Under the pieces are notes generated by a model. The model saw only the letters and a program-made list of their open reading frames with translations. It had not been told where the DNA came from and ran no database searches. From the IMG/VR virus record IMGVR_UViG_3300036833_000331, positions 1 to 25,488 of that record: DNA of 25,488 nt. One strand, 5' to 3'. Below, piece after piece: positions 18,438 through 25,488 of the stretch. The translations under genes and the position numbers were made by a program. How positions within the stretch are numbered: the stretch's first letter is position 1; each line of letters opens with the position of its first letter. The DNA is from a virus. Lineage: Duplodnaviria > Caudoviricetes.

Positions 18438-18455
18438 TTGATAAGAAGAAAGCAC

Positions 18456-18484
18456 TTGACACGGTTGTGAAGTTAGTACATAGT
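18456..18484 (+). promoter_or_regulatory. Sigma70-type promoter, probably leaderless
   Basis: TTGACA (18456-61), 17-nt spacer, CATAGT (18479-84). ATG lies 7 nt downstream. Confidence 0.55.
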
Positions 18485-18491
18485 TGTAGCC

Positions 18492-19229
18492 ATGACAAAG
18501 AAAACATTCAGCCCGAAAGCGTGGGCAGCAATGAAGACAGTAAGGGAGGCGACTGGTACCAGAGGCAAAGTGAAAGAAGACGGTCAGGGACGATTATGGG
18601 AATGGCAATACGAATGTCTGGCGAAGGCTGACCGGGAAACTGGCAAGATTACTGACGGAGCGAATCAGAAATTCCGTTGTTTTGCGGCATCGATGGAATG
18701 GCGTGGGAGCGTCCGGGACGCGCGCTGGCATAATTTCGACGCACTTAAAGGCCTGTCCACTGATGAGCTGGTAACGGTCATTGGAGCCAACCTCCCAAAG
18801 AGCGCGGCTATCATTCGCGTCCATGTCAGTGGCGACTTTTTTAGCGAATCTTATTTCAAAGCTTGGATAAGGGTTGCGCGCAATAATCCGCAAATTCGTT
18901 TCTATGCTTACACCAAGAGTTTGAATTTTTGGGTTCGCAACATTGCCCGGATTCCTGCGAATTTCAAGCTCACCGCATCGCATGGGGGTCGTTACGATCA
19001 GTTGATTGAGCAACACTCGCTTAAGACTGCGAAGGTTGTTTTTACCATAGAGGAGGCGGCTGCTTTAGGGCTGGAATTAGATCACGACGATTCCCACGCC
19101 TACGATTCAGGGGATTCCTTTGCACTACTCCTTCACGGGGGCCAGCGTGCGGGCTCCAAGGCTTTAAGCGCCTTGCGCATGCTCAAAGGCATTGGCTCAT
19201 ACGGCCAGGGCGCCCAGAAAGCAGCCTAG
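18492..19229 (+). CDS. GP88-family phage protein
   Basis: IIRVHVSGDFFSESYFKAW...NPQIRFYAYTKS and FKLTASHGG motifs of the mycobacteriophage gene-88-like family. Confidence 0.8.
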   Translation: MTKKTFSPKAWAAMKTVREATGTRGKVKEDGQGRLWEWQYECLAKADRETGKITDGANQKFRCFAASMEWRGSVRDARWHNFDALKGLSTDELVTVIGANLPKSAAIIRVHVSGDFFSESYFKAWIRVARNNPQIRFYAYTKSLNFWVRNIARIPANFKLTASHGGRYDQLIEQHSLKTAKVVFTIEEAAALGLELDHDDSHAYDSGDSFALLLHGGQRAGSKALSALRMLKGIGSYGQGAQKAA

Positions 19230-19240
19230 GAAAGGCATTT

Positions 19241-19432
19241 ATGAACATTACAATCGAAACCCAAATAGTGGGCAACGGTAGCTATGGCATTCACAGAGAT
19301 TTTGATCCAATCGGAGTTTTCCACGTCATGGTGGACCATCACGTGACCAGCACTTGGGCGACTCTGGAAGAAGCTGTTCGTGAATTACGAAAAACACCAG
19401 AGTGCGACGCGCGGGATACAGCCAATGATTGA
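19241..19432 (+). CDS. Hypothetical protein
   Basis: 63 aa, preceded by AGGAAAGG. Confidence 0.55.
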   Translation: MNITIETQIVGNGSYGIHRDFDPIGVFHVMVDHHVTSTWATLEEAVRELRKTPECDARDTAND

Positions 19433-19511
19433 GGAGTTCTACAGTGCGCACCCGGCGGAGTATCACAACATCACCACCTTCCGGGAAGCCCGCATCCATT
19501 TGGGATACTGA
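19425..19511 (+). CDS. 28-aa micro-ORF
   Basis: MIEEFYSAHPAEYHNITTFREARIHLGY fills the gap between its neighbours. Confidence 0.35.
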   Translation: MIEEFYSAHPAEYHNITTFREARIHLGY

Positions 19512-19515
19512 AATT

Positions 19516-19689
19516 ATGCAGAAACCAACCCGCGAAGAACAATCCAAGCGCGCTAAGGCGTTAGCTCAAGACCGCAAACAGAATCCCGCAAAGTATAAGG
19601 CTCCGCCAACGAGGGTCGACTGGGAAGGACACCGTGTGGTTACCCGCTGCAAAATCGGGGGCAAATGGAAAGTGACCGACATTGTATGA
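19516..19689 (+). CDS. Small basic hypothetical protein
   Basis: MQKPTREEQSKRAK..., 57 aa, from the ATG within the 19429..19689 frame. Confidence 0.5.
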   Translation: MQKPTREEQSKRAKALAQDRKQNPAKYKAPPTRVDWEGHRVVTRCKIGGKWKVTDIV

Positions 19690-19982
19690 AGCGATTACTC
19701 TTTTTAGGCACCCTCCTTGGAGGTGCGACTCTTTGCAGAGGCTTGGCTGACGACGCTGCTGATACTCAATATTATCTCTATGATATTGATCACCAGCTTC
19801 AAGAACTCAATCAGCGGGCCGAAAAACAGGCGAGAGATACCGCCCCTTCACAGGAGGAGATAAACAGCAGGATGATCCAACTGGAGTGGGACGAGTATGA
19901 CATGGCAAGAATGTATGGGTGGGCCGATATGGCTAAACGCGCTAGGAAATACTTAATCCAACATGGACAAGCGCCTCACTAG
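19686..19982 (+). CDS. Exported hypothetical protein
   Basis: ATGA-coupled start MKRLLFLGTLLGGATLCRGLA resembles a signal peptide. Confidence 0.55.
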   Translation: MKRLLFLGTLLGGATLCRGLADDAADTQYYLYDIDHQLQELNQRAEKQARDTAPSQEEINSRMIQLEWDEYDMARMYGWADMAKRARKYLIQHGQAPH

Positions 19983-19986
19983 CCAG

Positions 19987-20016
19987 TTGCTTTCACGCAT
20001 CACTCATGGCTAGGAT
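19987..20016 (+). promoter_or_regulatory. Possible promoter for the lysis cassette
   Basis: TTGCTT, 18-nt spacer, TAGGAT. ATG lies 9 nt downstream. Confidence 0.35.
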
Positions 20017-20025
20017 GGTGGGTGT

Positions 20026-20439
20026 ATGGCGGCACCCATCACTTCCTATTGTAGCAATGTCACGACCAATATCGCCATTTGCCAAATCGTCGCCCCTTTG
20101 CCGTGGGCGGGCTTAAAGGCGGCTTCTCCCCAGAATACCCAGATCGCGGGCAATTGTTTTGACTGGGCTTCTTTCGATATGGTGGCCGGCTCTACTGGGG
20201 TCGGCACCATCATTACTTTTCAGCAATTAGGGGCCGATTCTTTTCCGGGCAACCTGATCTGGCGCACGTTGGTTACGGGCGGGGTGACGCCGGCGGCGAC
20301 CACGATCACCCTGGCCAATTCCACAGGCTATGGCGGCGTTCTCCAGGGGCCCTTCTGGGGTCTCCAGCTGGTCATCTCAGGCGTCGTTGGCAACGGCGTG
20401 GCTTACGCCCGCCTTTCGGGCTCCATTCGCACAAGCTAG
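20026..20439 (+). CDS. Hypothetical beta-rich protein (possibly virion-associated)
   Basis: 137 aa, G/T/A/I-rich like the structural proteins. Confidence 0.55.
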   Translation: MAAPITSYCSNVTTNIAICQIVAPLPWAGLKAASPQNTQIAGNCFDWASFDMVAGSTGVGTIITFQQLGADSFPGNLIWRTLVTGGVTPAATTITLANSTGYGGVLQGPFWGLQLVISGVVGNGVAYARLSGSIRTS

Positions 20440-20444
20440 AGCCT

Positions 20445-20720
20445 GTGAATGAAGAGAAAAATAATAGCAATTCAGCGCTCGCCAAGTTACTCAATTCCGT
20501 AAACCTGCCGACATTGGGATTAATTCTGGCGATGGGTGGAGGCAATCTTTTTCAAGGCATTACCAGTTCTCACCAAAACAAGCATGAAATTGATCGCGCC
20601 ATCCAAGAGATCCACCAGCTCTATGAAAAACTTGACGAAACCGATCGCCGCCAGTTAAAAGCCTTGGCTAATCAGCAGGAGATTCTGGAAACGTTGCGTG
20701 CGAGGCAAAAGAGTCCATGA
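20445..20720 (+). CDS. Putative holin / lysis accessory protein
   Basis: Weak hydrophobic segment followed by a coiled coil. ATGA-coupled to the endolysin. Confidence 0.4.
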   Translation: MNEEKNNSNSALAKLLNSVNLPTLGLILAMGGGNLFQGITSSHQNKHEIDRAIQEIHQLYEKLDETDRRQLKALANQQEILETLRARQKSP

Positions 20721-21316
20721 CTGAAAAACAAATCGCCATGGGGCGTGCGATTGTTGAAATGGAAGGGCGTTTCAAGGACGGTAAATTGCAAGTTTATAAC
20801 TTGCCTCCCGGCGATGGCGGCGGAAACTTCGAAGTGGCCGGAATTAACGAGCGTTATCACAAAGACAAAGCCCAAGAGTTAAAAGACTTGATCGCAGAGG
20901 GCCGGCATGAAGAAGCGCATGTGCAAGCGGCCACTTATATTGCGGAATATACCAATGCGGTTTGCGATTTCTTTCCCAGCGATGATTTACGTGATCGTAA
21001 TCCTGGGGTTGAGTTTATTCTTAGAGACAGCGCTTTTAATCGGGGTGCGAAAGGAGCTGCGACTATTTTACAAATCGCTTTGGGCGTTTCGCCGATAGAC
21101 GGGATCGTTGGAAATATTACCAAATCGCATTTCGCTTTTGCTCTTGAGCACGACCAGGAACAATTTATGGTGCACTTGCGGGACGCGCGCGAAACCTACG
21201 AACGCAACCAATATCCCTGGAAACAAAGTTCGCGTGACGAATCGAGCCGTTTCTGGAAGGGCTTAGAGAACCGTTGGGCTAAATCTCATGAAATTGGCGT
21301 GAGTCGATTCGTTTAA
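20717..21316 (+). CDS. Endolysin, glycoside hydrolase family 108-like
   Basis: EG...DGGG...AGI catalytic region, DSAFNRG, LQIALGV...DGIVGNIT and FWKGLENR peptidoglycan-binding motifs. Confidence 0.85.
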   Translation: MTEKQIAMGRAIVEMEGRFKDGKLQVYNLPPGDGGGNFEVAGINERYHKDKAQELKDLIAEGRHEEAHVQAATYIAEYTNAVCDFFPSDDLRDRNPGVEFILRDSAFNRGAKGAATILQIALGVSPIDGIVGNITKSHFAFALEHDQEQFMVHLRDARETYERNQYPWKQSSRDESSRFWKGLENRWAKSHEIGVSRFV

Positions 21317-21378
21317 TCACTTTTGGTCTGGCAAAAGGTTGCCGGGCTAAATCCCGAAAAACCAAAAGAAAACAAAAT

Positions 21379-21822
21379 ATGGCATCAGTTCCAGTTACGA
21401 TCATAGGCACAATGACCTATACCGACGTCGGTGTCGGCGGAGGTCCAATTATCGGAGGCGGCGGCCAACTTCCGGGCATTTGGCCCTCGCCGGGTGTCCC
21501 GACACCACCGATATATTATCCGCCGGGAATCTGGCCCTCGCCTGGCCATCCCGCGTTCCCCATTGCCGGACCTCCTCCGGGCATTTGGCCAAGTCCTGGC
21601 GTGCCGACACCACCGATATATTATCCGCCGATCCCGGCCCATCCCATAAGCCCAGGCGGGCCACCCTCGACACCTCCAGGGGGTGAGGACGCACCAAGCG
21701 GTGGTTGGGTCTGGAGTCCATTTTACGGCTGGTGCTGGCAACCAAGCTATGGACCGGGCAAGCCGCATCCGCCACAGCCACCTAATGAGGTTCCGCATCC
21801 CGAACACCCGATTGCGCCCTAA
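21379..21822 (+). CDS. Proline-rich repeat protein
   Basis: PGIWPSPG three times and PTPPIYYPP twice. 54-nt near-duplicate at 21472-21525 and 21577-21630. Confidence 0.7.
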   Translation: MASVPVTIIGTMTYTDVGVGGGPIIGGGGQLPGIWPSPGVPTPPIYYPPGIWPSPGHPAFPIAGPPPGIWPSPGVPTPPIYYPPIPAHPISPGGPPSTPPGGEDAPSGGWVWSPFYGWCWQPSYGPGKPHPPQPPNEVPHPEHPIAP

Positions 21823-21837
21823 AGCTTAAAATGGGAG

Positions 21838-21870
21838 AGGGCAGGTATCCATCAATGCCTGCCCTTTTTC
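21838..21870 (+). terminator. Rho-independent terminator
   Basis: AGGGCAGGTA-(TCCATCAA)-TGCCTGCCCT stem followed by TTTT. Confidence 0.7.
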
Positions 21871-21875
21871 TCGTT

Positions 21876-23810
21876 ATGAAATGGATTGCCCTTTGTCTGT
21901 TATTAGCTGTTAATGCCCTGGCTGCGGCCCCACCCGCAACTACCCAGATTGACTGGACTAGTACCGGTATCCCTGGCGGAATTCCGCATCGTTCGACCGT
22001 TTATAAAACCCTGAGTGCCAGCGATTACGGGAACGGAAGCTCTGACGCAACTAGTGCGATCCAAAACGCGCTCAATAGTTGTCCCGATAACCAAGTTGTT
22101 GCGCTTGGAAGCGGCAAATTTAAGATCGCTGGAAGTATCACGATTCCCGCTAACACGGTTTTAAGAGGCAACGGGAACGATACCGTTCTGGACGCTACCG
22201 GCCGCGCTAATGCGGTCATCGTTTTCGGCGGGACGCGCGCCCCGGACATAAACGCTTCGCAACCGATCACCAGCGGAGCAAACGCTGGCAGCACCACGAT
22301 TAATTTCAGTAAGGGCGCCTTGAAGGTCGGTGACCTGATTATGGTGACTGAACTCAATGATTCCAGTTACGTCTCCAAAACCGGAAACGAAGGCGATTGC
22401 AACTGGTGCGATGGCGGCTTGGGTTGGAACGGTACGCGGTTGGCGGGTCAGACGGTGCAGGTAACCGGGATCAATGGCAGCGCGGTCAGTATCAGTCCAG
22501 CCCTTTATAAGACCTACGCGCTCACGCCGCTGGCTACACCGTTTAGTCCCAATTGCGTCAATAGCGGGGTTGAGGATCTACAGCTCTATCTCAACAACTC
22601 TGGGTACAACGAAAACATTTTGCAGCAATGCGTTGCGAATTGCTGGGTCAAGAACATCGAGAGCAATTACGCCGACGGCGATCATTTTCAAGCGCATTGG
22701 TCAACGCGGGGCGAGATCCGTCATTGCAATTTTCATGACGGCTATTTGCACACCTCTGGCCAGACGGAGGCCGATCTGTTTCTAGCCGATAAGACAAGCG
22801 GATACCTCGTTATCGATAACATTTGCGTCCGCCAGCACGTCTCAGTTCTGCTTAATTGGGGAGCCAGCGGCAACGTCATTGCCTATAATTTCAGTCAAGG
22901 CGATTTTGATTCGGGTTCCTATAACGCTCTTTTCACTTTCGTCGGCATTCACGGCGCGCATCCGCAATTTAACCTGATCGAAGGCAACATCGGCCAGCAG
23001 CTCTATTTCGATAACGTCTGGGGTTCGGGCTCAAATAATACGGTGTTTCGAAACTGGATGAAAGGCGCGACTAAAGTTCAGAATCCGCTCAACGGTCGTG
23101 GAGATCCTACCGGTACGCCCTGGGAAGCTTGTCAGGCTGATCGTGCGATGCAGGTTAGCGATCAGCAAAACTACAATCAGTTCTTGGGCAACTTCGTCGG
23201 CAGCCCGCAATTATTGAATGTCACCAAATACAACGATGGAAGAAACAAACTGCCGTTTAAGGCCGAAGTCGTTGCTCCAGGTGACAGCCGCAGCTACGAT
23301 GCGGCGACCTACGGCTACACCTGGGGTTATACAAATCTGAGCGATGGCGGGGGCAAGGGAAGCAACAAGCCCAAGACGACGGCGAACATCAAAAATGAAG
23401 TGGTCTTTACTTCCGCTTCTCCTGCGGCGGTTTCAAACTCTTTGCCAGTCAGCCTCTTTCTCTCTAGTAAGCCATCGTGGTTTGGTCCATTGCCCTGGCC
23501 CCCTTTGGATGTAGCTATGCCGGCCCAGCTGGCCGACGAGAATATCCCGGCCGGCTACCGGTACAAGAACGGGCGCGATCCGGCGCCTGGACCTTCCCCA
23601 AGTCCGACCGCCAGTCCGACTCCAACGCCGACCCCTGTTCCAACGCCCAGCGCGACGCCGACGCCCGAGCCGACGCCGGCCCCATCCCCTAGCGCCACGC
23701 CAACTCCTGCGCCCACTCCTGCGCCCACTCCGGGTGGTGCCAATTTTTCAGATTGGCTGAACCAACTCTCGGATTGGATTCGAGAACATCCAGCTATTCC
23801 TAATCATTGA
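21876..23810 (+). CDS. Secreted right-handed beta-helix (pectate-lyase-3-like) protein with Pro/Thr linker
   Basis: Signal peptide [17 protein letters not shown] from ATG 21876, [13 protein letters not shown] and Asn-ladder repeats, (PT)n linker and short C-terminal helix. Confidence 0.8.
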   Translation: MKWIALCLLLAVNALAAAPPATTQIDWTSTGIPGGIPHRSTVYKTLSASDYGNGSSDATSAIQNALNSCPDNQVVALGSGKFKIAGSITIPANTVLRGNGNDTVLDATGRANAVIVFGGTRAPDINASQPITSGANAGSTTINFSKGALKVGDLIMVTELNDSSYVSKTGNEGDCNWCDGGLGWNGTRLAGQTVQVTGINGSAVSISPALYKTYALTPLATPFSPNCVNSGVEDLQLYLNNSGYNENILQQCVANCWVKNIESNYADGDHFQAHWSTRGEIRHCNFHDGYLHTSGQTEADLFLADKTSGYLVIDNICVRQHVSVLLNWGASGNVIAYNFSQGDFDSGSYNALFTFVGIHGAHPQFNLIEGNIGQQLYFDNVWGSGSNNTVFRNWMKGATKVQNPLNGRGDPTGTPWEACQADRAMQVSDQQNYNQFLGNFVGSPQLLNVTKYNDGRNKLPFKAEVVAPGDSRSYDAATYGYTWGYTNLSDGGGKGSNKPKTTANIKNEVVFTSASPAAVSNSLPVSLFLSSKPSWFGPLPWPPLDVAMPAQLADENIPAGYRYKNGRDPAPGPSPSPTASPTPTPTPVPTPSATPTPEPTPAPSPSATPTPAPTPAPTPGGANFSDWLNQLSDWIREHPAIPNH

Positions 23811-23814
23811 GGTT

Positions 23815-24622
23815 TGGCTCGCTCAGGAACCTTGGGTTTCTCTCAGTCATTGGCTCGCTCTTTCAGGCTGGTTTTCTCACCTTTTTTGGCTCGCTCCTAC
23901 TTTGTGGATTTCTCCGCCCATCTGGCTCGCTCCAGGTCAATGGATTTCTCTGGCATTTGGCTCGCTATCATTGTGGCGGGTTTCTCTTTGACCTTGGCTC
24001 GCTCCTGTAACGTGGCGGTTCTCTCCAATTATGGCTCGCTGCTTTTCCATGGATTTCTCGTAGATCGTGGCTAGCGCTTCCGGGACATGGGTTTTATCAA
24101 CGATCATGGCTCGCTTGAGGCTCTTGGGCTATCTCGGGCTCCCTGGCTCGCTTTAGATCTCTGGGGTTTCTCTTAGCATTGACTCGCTCTTCGACCACGG
24201 GTTTCTCTCCGCTATTGGCTCGCTCCTTGTTCTTGGGTTTCTCCCTAAATATGGCTCGCTCTAGCGCTCAGGGTTTCTCCTTCATTATGGCTCGCTCTCA
24301 GGATCTGGGTTTCTCAAACCTGATGGCTCGCTACTGCAACGTGGGTTTTCTCGTCTCCTGTGGCTCGCTCTAGTCGCTTGGTTTTCTCCGTGACGATGGC
24401 TCGCTCTCACATCTTGGTTTTCTGACCCATGATGGCTCGCTCGGCTTCGGTGGTTTTCTCGAATCGGTTGGCTCGCTCGCCGGCCAAGGGTTTCTCCCCA
24501 TTCATGGCTCGCTCATATCTCGTGGGTTTCTCGTCAGATATGGCTCGATCACCTGCTTTGGTTTTCTCGGTGCCCTTGGCTCGCTCTTTGTGTTGGGGTT
24601 TCTCTCCTTGACTGGCTCAATC
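23815..24622 (-). repeat. TIGR (tandem interspaced guide RNA) dual-repeat array: 22 units of ~36 nt plus a terminal repeat
   Basis: Plus-strand TGGCTCGCT (or a close variant) starts at 23815, 23851, 23887, 23923, 23958, 23995, 24032, 24068, 24107, 24144, 24180, 24216, 24252, 24288, 24324, 24361, 24397, 24433, 24469, 24505, 24541, 24577 and 24613. Each full unit has a second repeat TGG(G/T/A)TTTCT midway and two unique ~9-nt segments. Confidence 0.93.
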
Positions 24623-25455
24623 ATTCCTGAGTGGTTGAGGATATCCTTCGCGTATGGGGCGCTCACCGGAAGCCCTCGCGCCTCGCGCGCCTTGACCCAA
24701 AGGTGGCTTAAAAACAATTTCACGGTTCGGCGCTTTGCCCTAGCGTGCAGATGCGCATCGGAGAGCTTGCCTTCCATGAGCCTCTTCTTGGTTGCGTTAT
24801 CATTCTTGAAAGTTTTGCCGACCAATTCACGCTTCGCCGCTTCCCGGTAAAAACCAGCTTCGTTCCTGTTGATTTCCTCCTTCTTGAATTGTGCGTACAG
24901 ATGCCCGTAAGTCGCACCATTCTTGCCGGACACTTTCACGAACGATTCGCCCAACTTGAAACACAAGACCTTCAGCCGCGCATTATAGGGAAGTTTGACC
25001 CCTTTTTGCCTTCGGTCGAAGCCGGGTGCCAGGCCTGCAAACTTCCATAAAGAGGAGACATGTTCCGCCCGCGTCACGTCGATGTGTGCTGCCAGGCCTG
25101 CGGCAATGATTGGCCCGATCCCTATCTGGCTATAGGCCCATTTGGCTTCCATCGGCGATTCCGCACTTTTGATCCAGTCAGCCAATTTCCCGTAGATGAC
25201 CCGTTCGCCGGCATTGAGCCAGTAATGGAACCATGAGCGCATTGGCAAGGCTTCAGCTTGTTCTGGAGTGACGACTTCTGTCGGTGCCGGTTCTTCAGGA
25301 TGTTCAGTACGGCGCTTGTTGGCCCAGCCGATTCGCAACTCTTGAGCGTCATAATACAGGGCCACCGTATCCGCGATTTCCGCGCTAGAGAGTTCGTGAC
25401 TCTTAACAATCTTGTCAATCAGCGCATTACGGATTTCTTTAGTTAATTTATCCAT
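24502..25455 (-). CDS. tasA: TIGR-associated Nop-domain protein, nuclease-less (TasA-type; IS110-related fold)
   Basis: GIGPIIAAGL helix-hairpin-helix, SSLWKFAGLAP, YNARLK and HARAKRRTVKLFLSHLW motifs of the IS110/Nop RNA-binding domain. No N-terminal DEDD RuvC and no HNH. Abuts a 36-nt dual-repeat array. Confidence 0.85.
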   Translation of the reverse strand: MDKLTKEIRNALIDKIVKSHELSSAEIADTVALYYDAQELRIGWANKRRTEHPEEPAPTEVVTPEQAEALPMRSWFHYWLNAGERVIYGKLADWIKSAESPMEAKWAYSQIGIGPIIAAGLAAHIDVTRAEHVSSLWKFAGLAPGFDRRQKGVKLPYNARLKVLCFKLGESFVKVSGKNGATYGHLYAQFKKEEINRNEAGFYREAAKRELVGKTFKNDNATKKRLMEGKLSDAHLHARAKRRTVKLFLSHLWVKAREARGLPVSAPYAKDILNHSGMIEPVKERNPNTKSEPRAPRKPKQVIEPYLTRNPRDMSEP

Positions 25456-25488
25456 TTATCTTATCATCAGTTTCCAATGTTCCTGCCA

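Larger units (their letters stand above)
1..25488. mobile_element. Tailed phage / prophage genome segment (podovirus-like morphogenesis, lysis and TIGR-Tas modules)
   Basis: TerL, portal, major capsid, adaptor/nozzle, tail collar, HNH and GH108 endolysin in phage-like order. No host housekeeping genes. No tape measure, sheath or integrase in the window. Confidence 0.95.

Noticed and set aside
17923-18507. Minus-strand Ser/Pro-rich ORFs
   Set aside because: Shadow frames of the G-rich plus-strand gene.
21321-21367. Hairpin after the endolysin as a terminator
   Set aside because: The stem relies on several G-U pairs and is followed by an A-rich tract rather than a U-tract.
23807-24611. Plus-strand ORFs with periodic LARS/GFS peptides (23807, 23814, 24179, 24429)
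   Set aside because: By-products of the 36-nt repeat, broken by the 35/37/39-nt units.
23815-24622. CRISPR array
   Set aside because: Repeats are only 9-10 nt and of two alternating kinds, with ~9-nt spacers. No 23-47-nt repeat and no cas genes.
24502-25455. IS110 transposase / insertion sequence
   Set aside because: Lacks the N-terminal DEDD RuvC domain and the catalytic SG motif after GLxP. The adjacent dual-repeat array fits Tas rather than an IS.

Overview
The whole window is a tailed dsDNA phage (or prophage) segment with podovirus-like organisation. 1-15787 is a minus-strand morphogenesis operon: terminase large subunit, Mom/GNAT-like protein, portal, small basic peptides, scaffold, major capsid, adaptor, tail nozzle, then tail-collar, fibre and tailspike genes. 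A divergent plus-strand arm carries an RHH-like regulator, micro-ORFs, an HNH endonuclease, a ~720-bp non-coding region with inverted repeats and a C-to-G skew switch, a GP88-like gene, a GH108 endolysin cassette and a secreted beta-helix protein. The highlight is 23815-25455 (minus strand): a nuclease-less Nop/IS110-like protein followed by, and overlapping, an array of 22 units of about 36 nt. Each unit has two alternating conserved repeats (AGCGAGCCA and AGAAACCCA) separated by unique ~9-nt spacers. This matches a TIGR-Tas RNA-guided system of the TasA type, with variant repeat motifs. All protein calls are from motif recognition and gene order; no database search was run.
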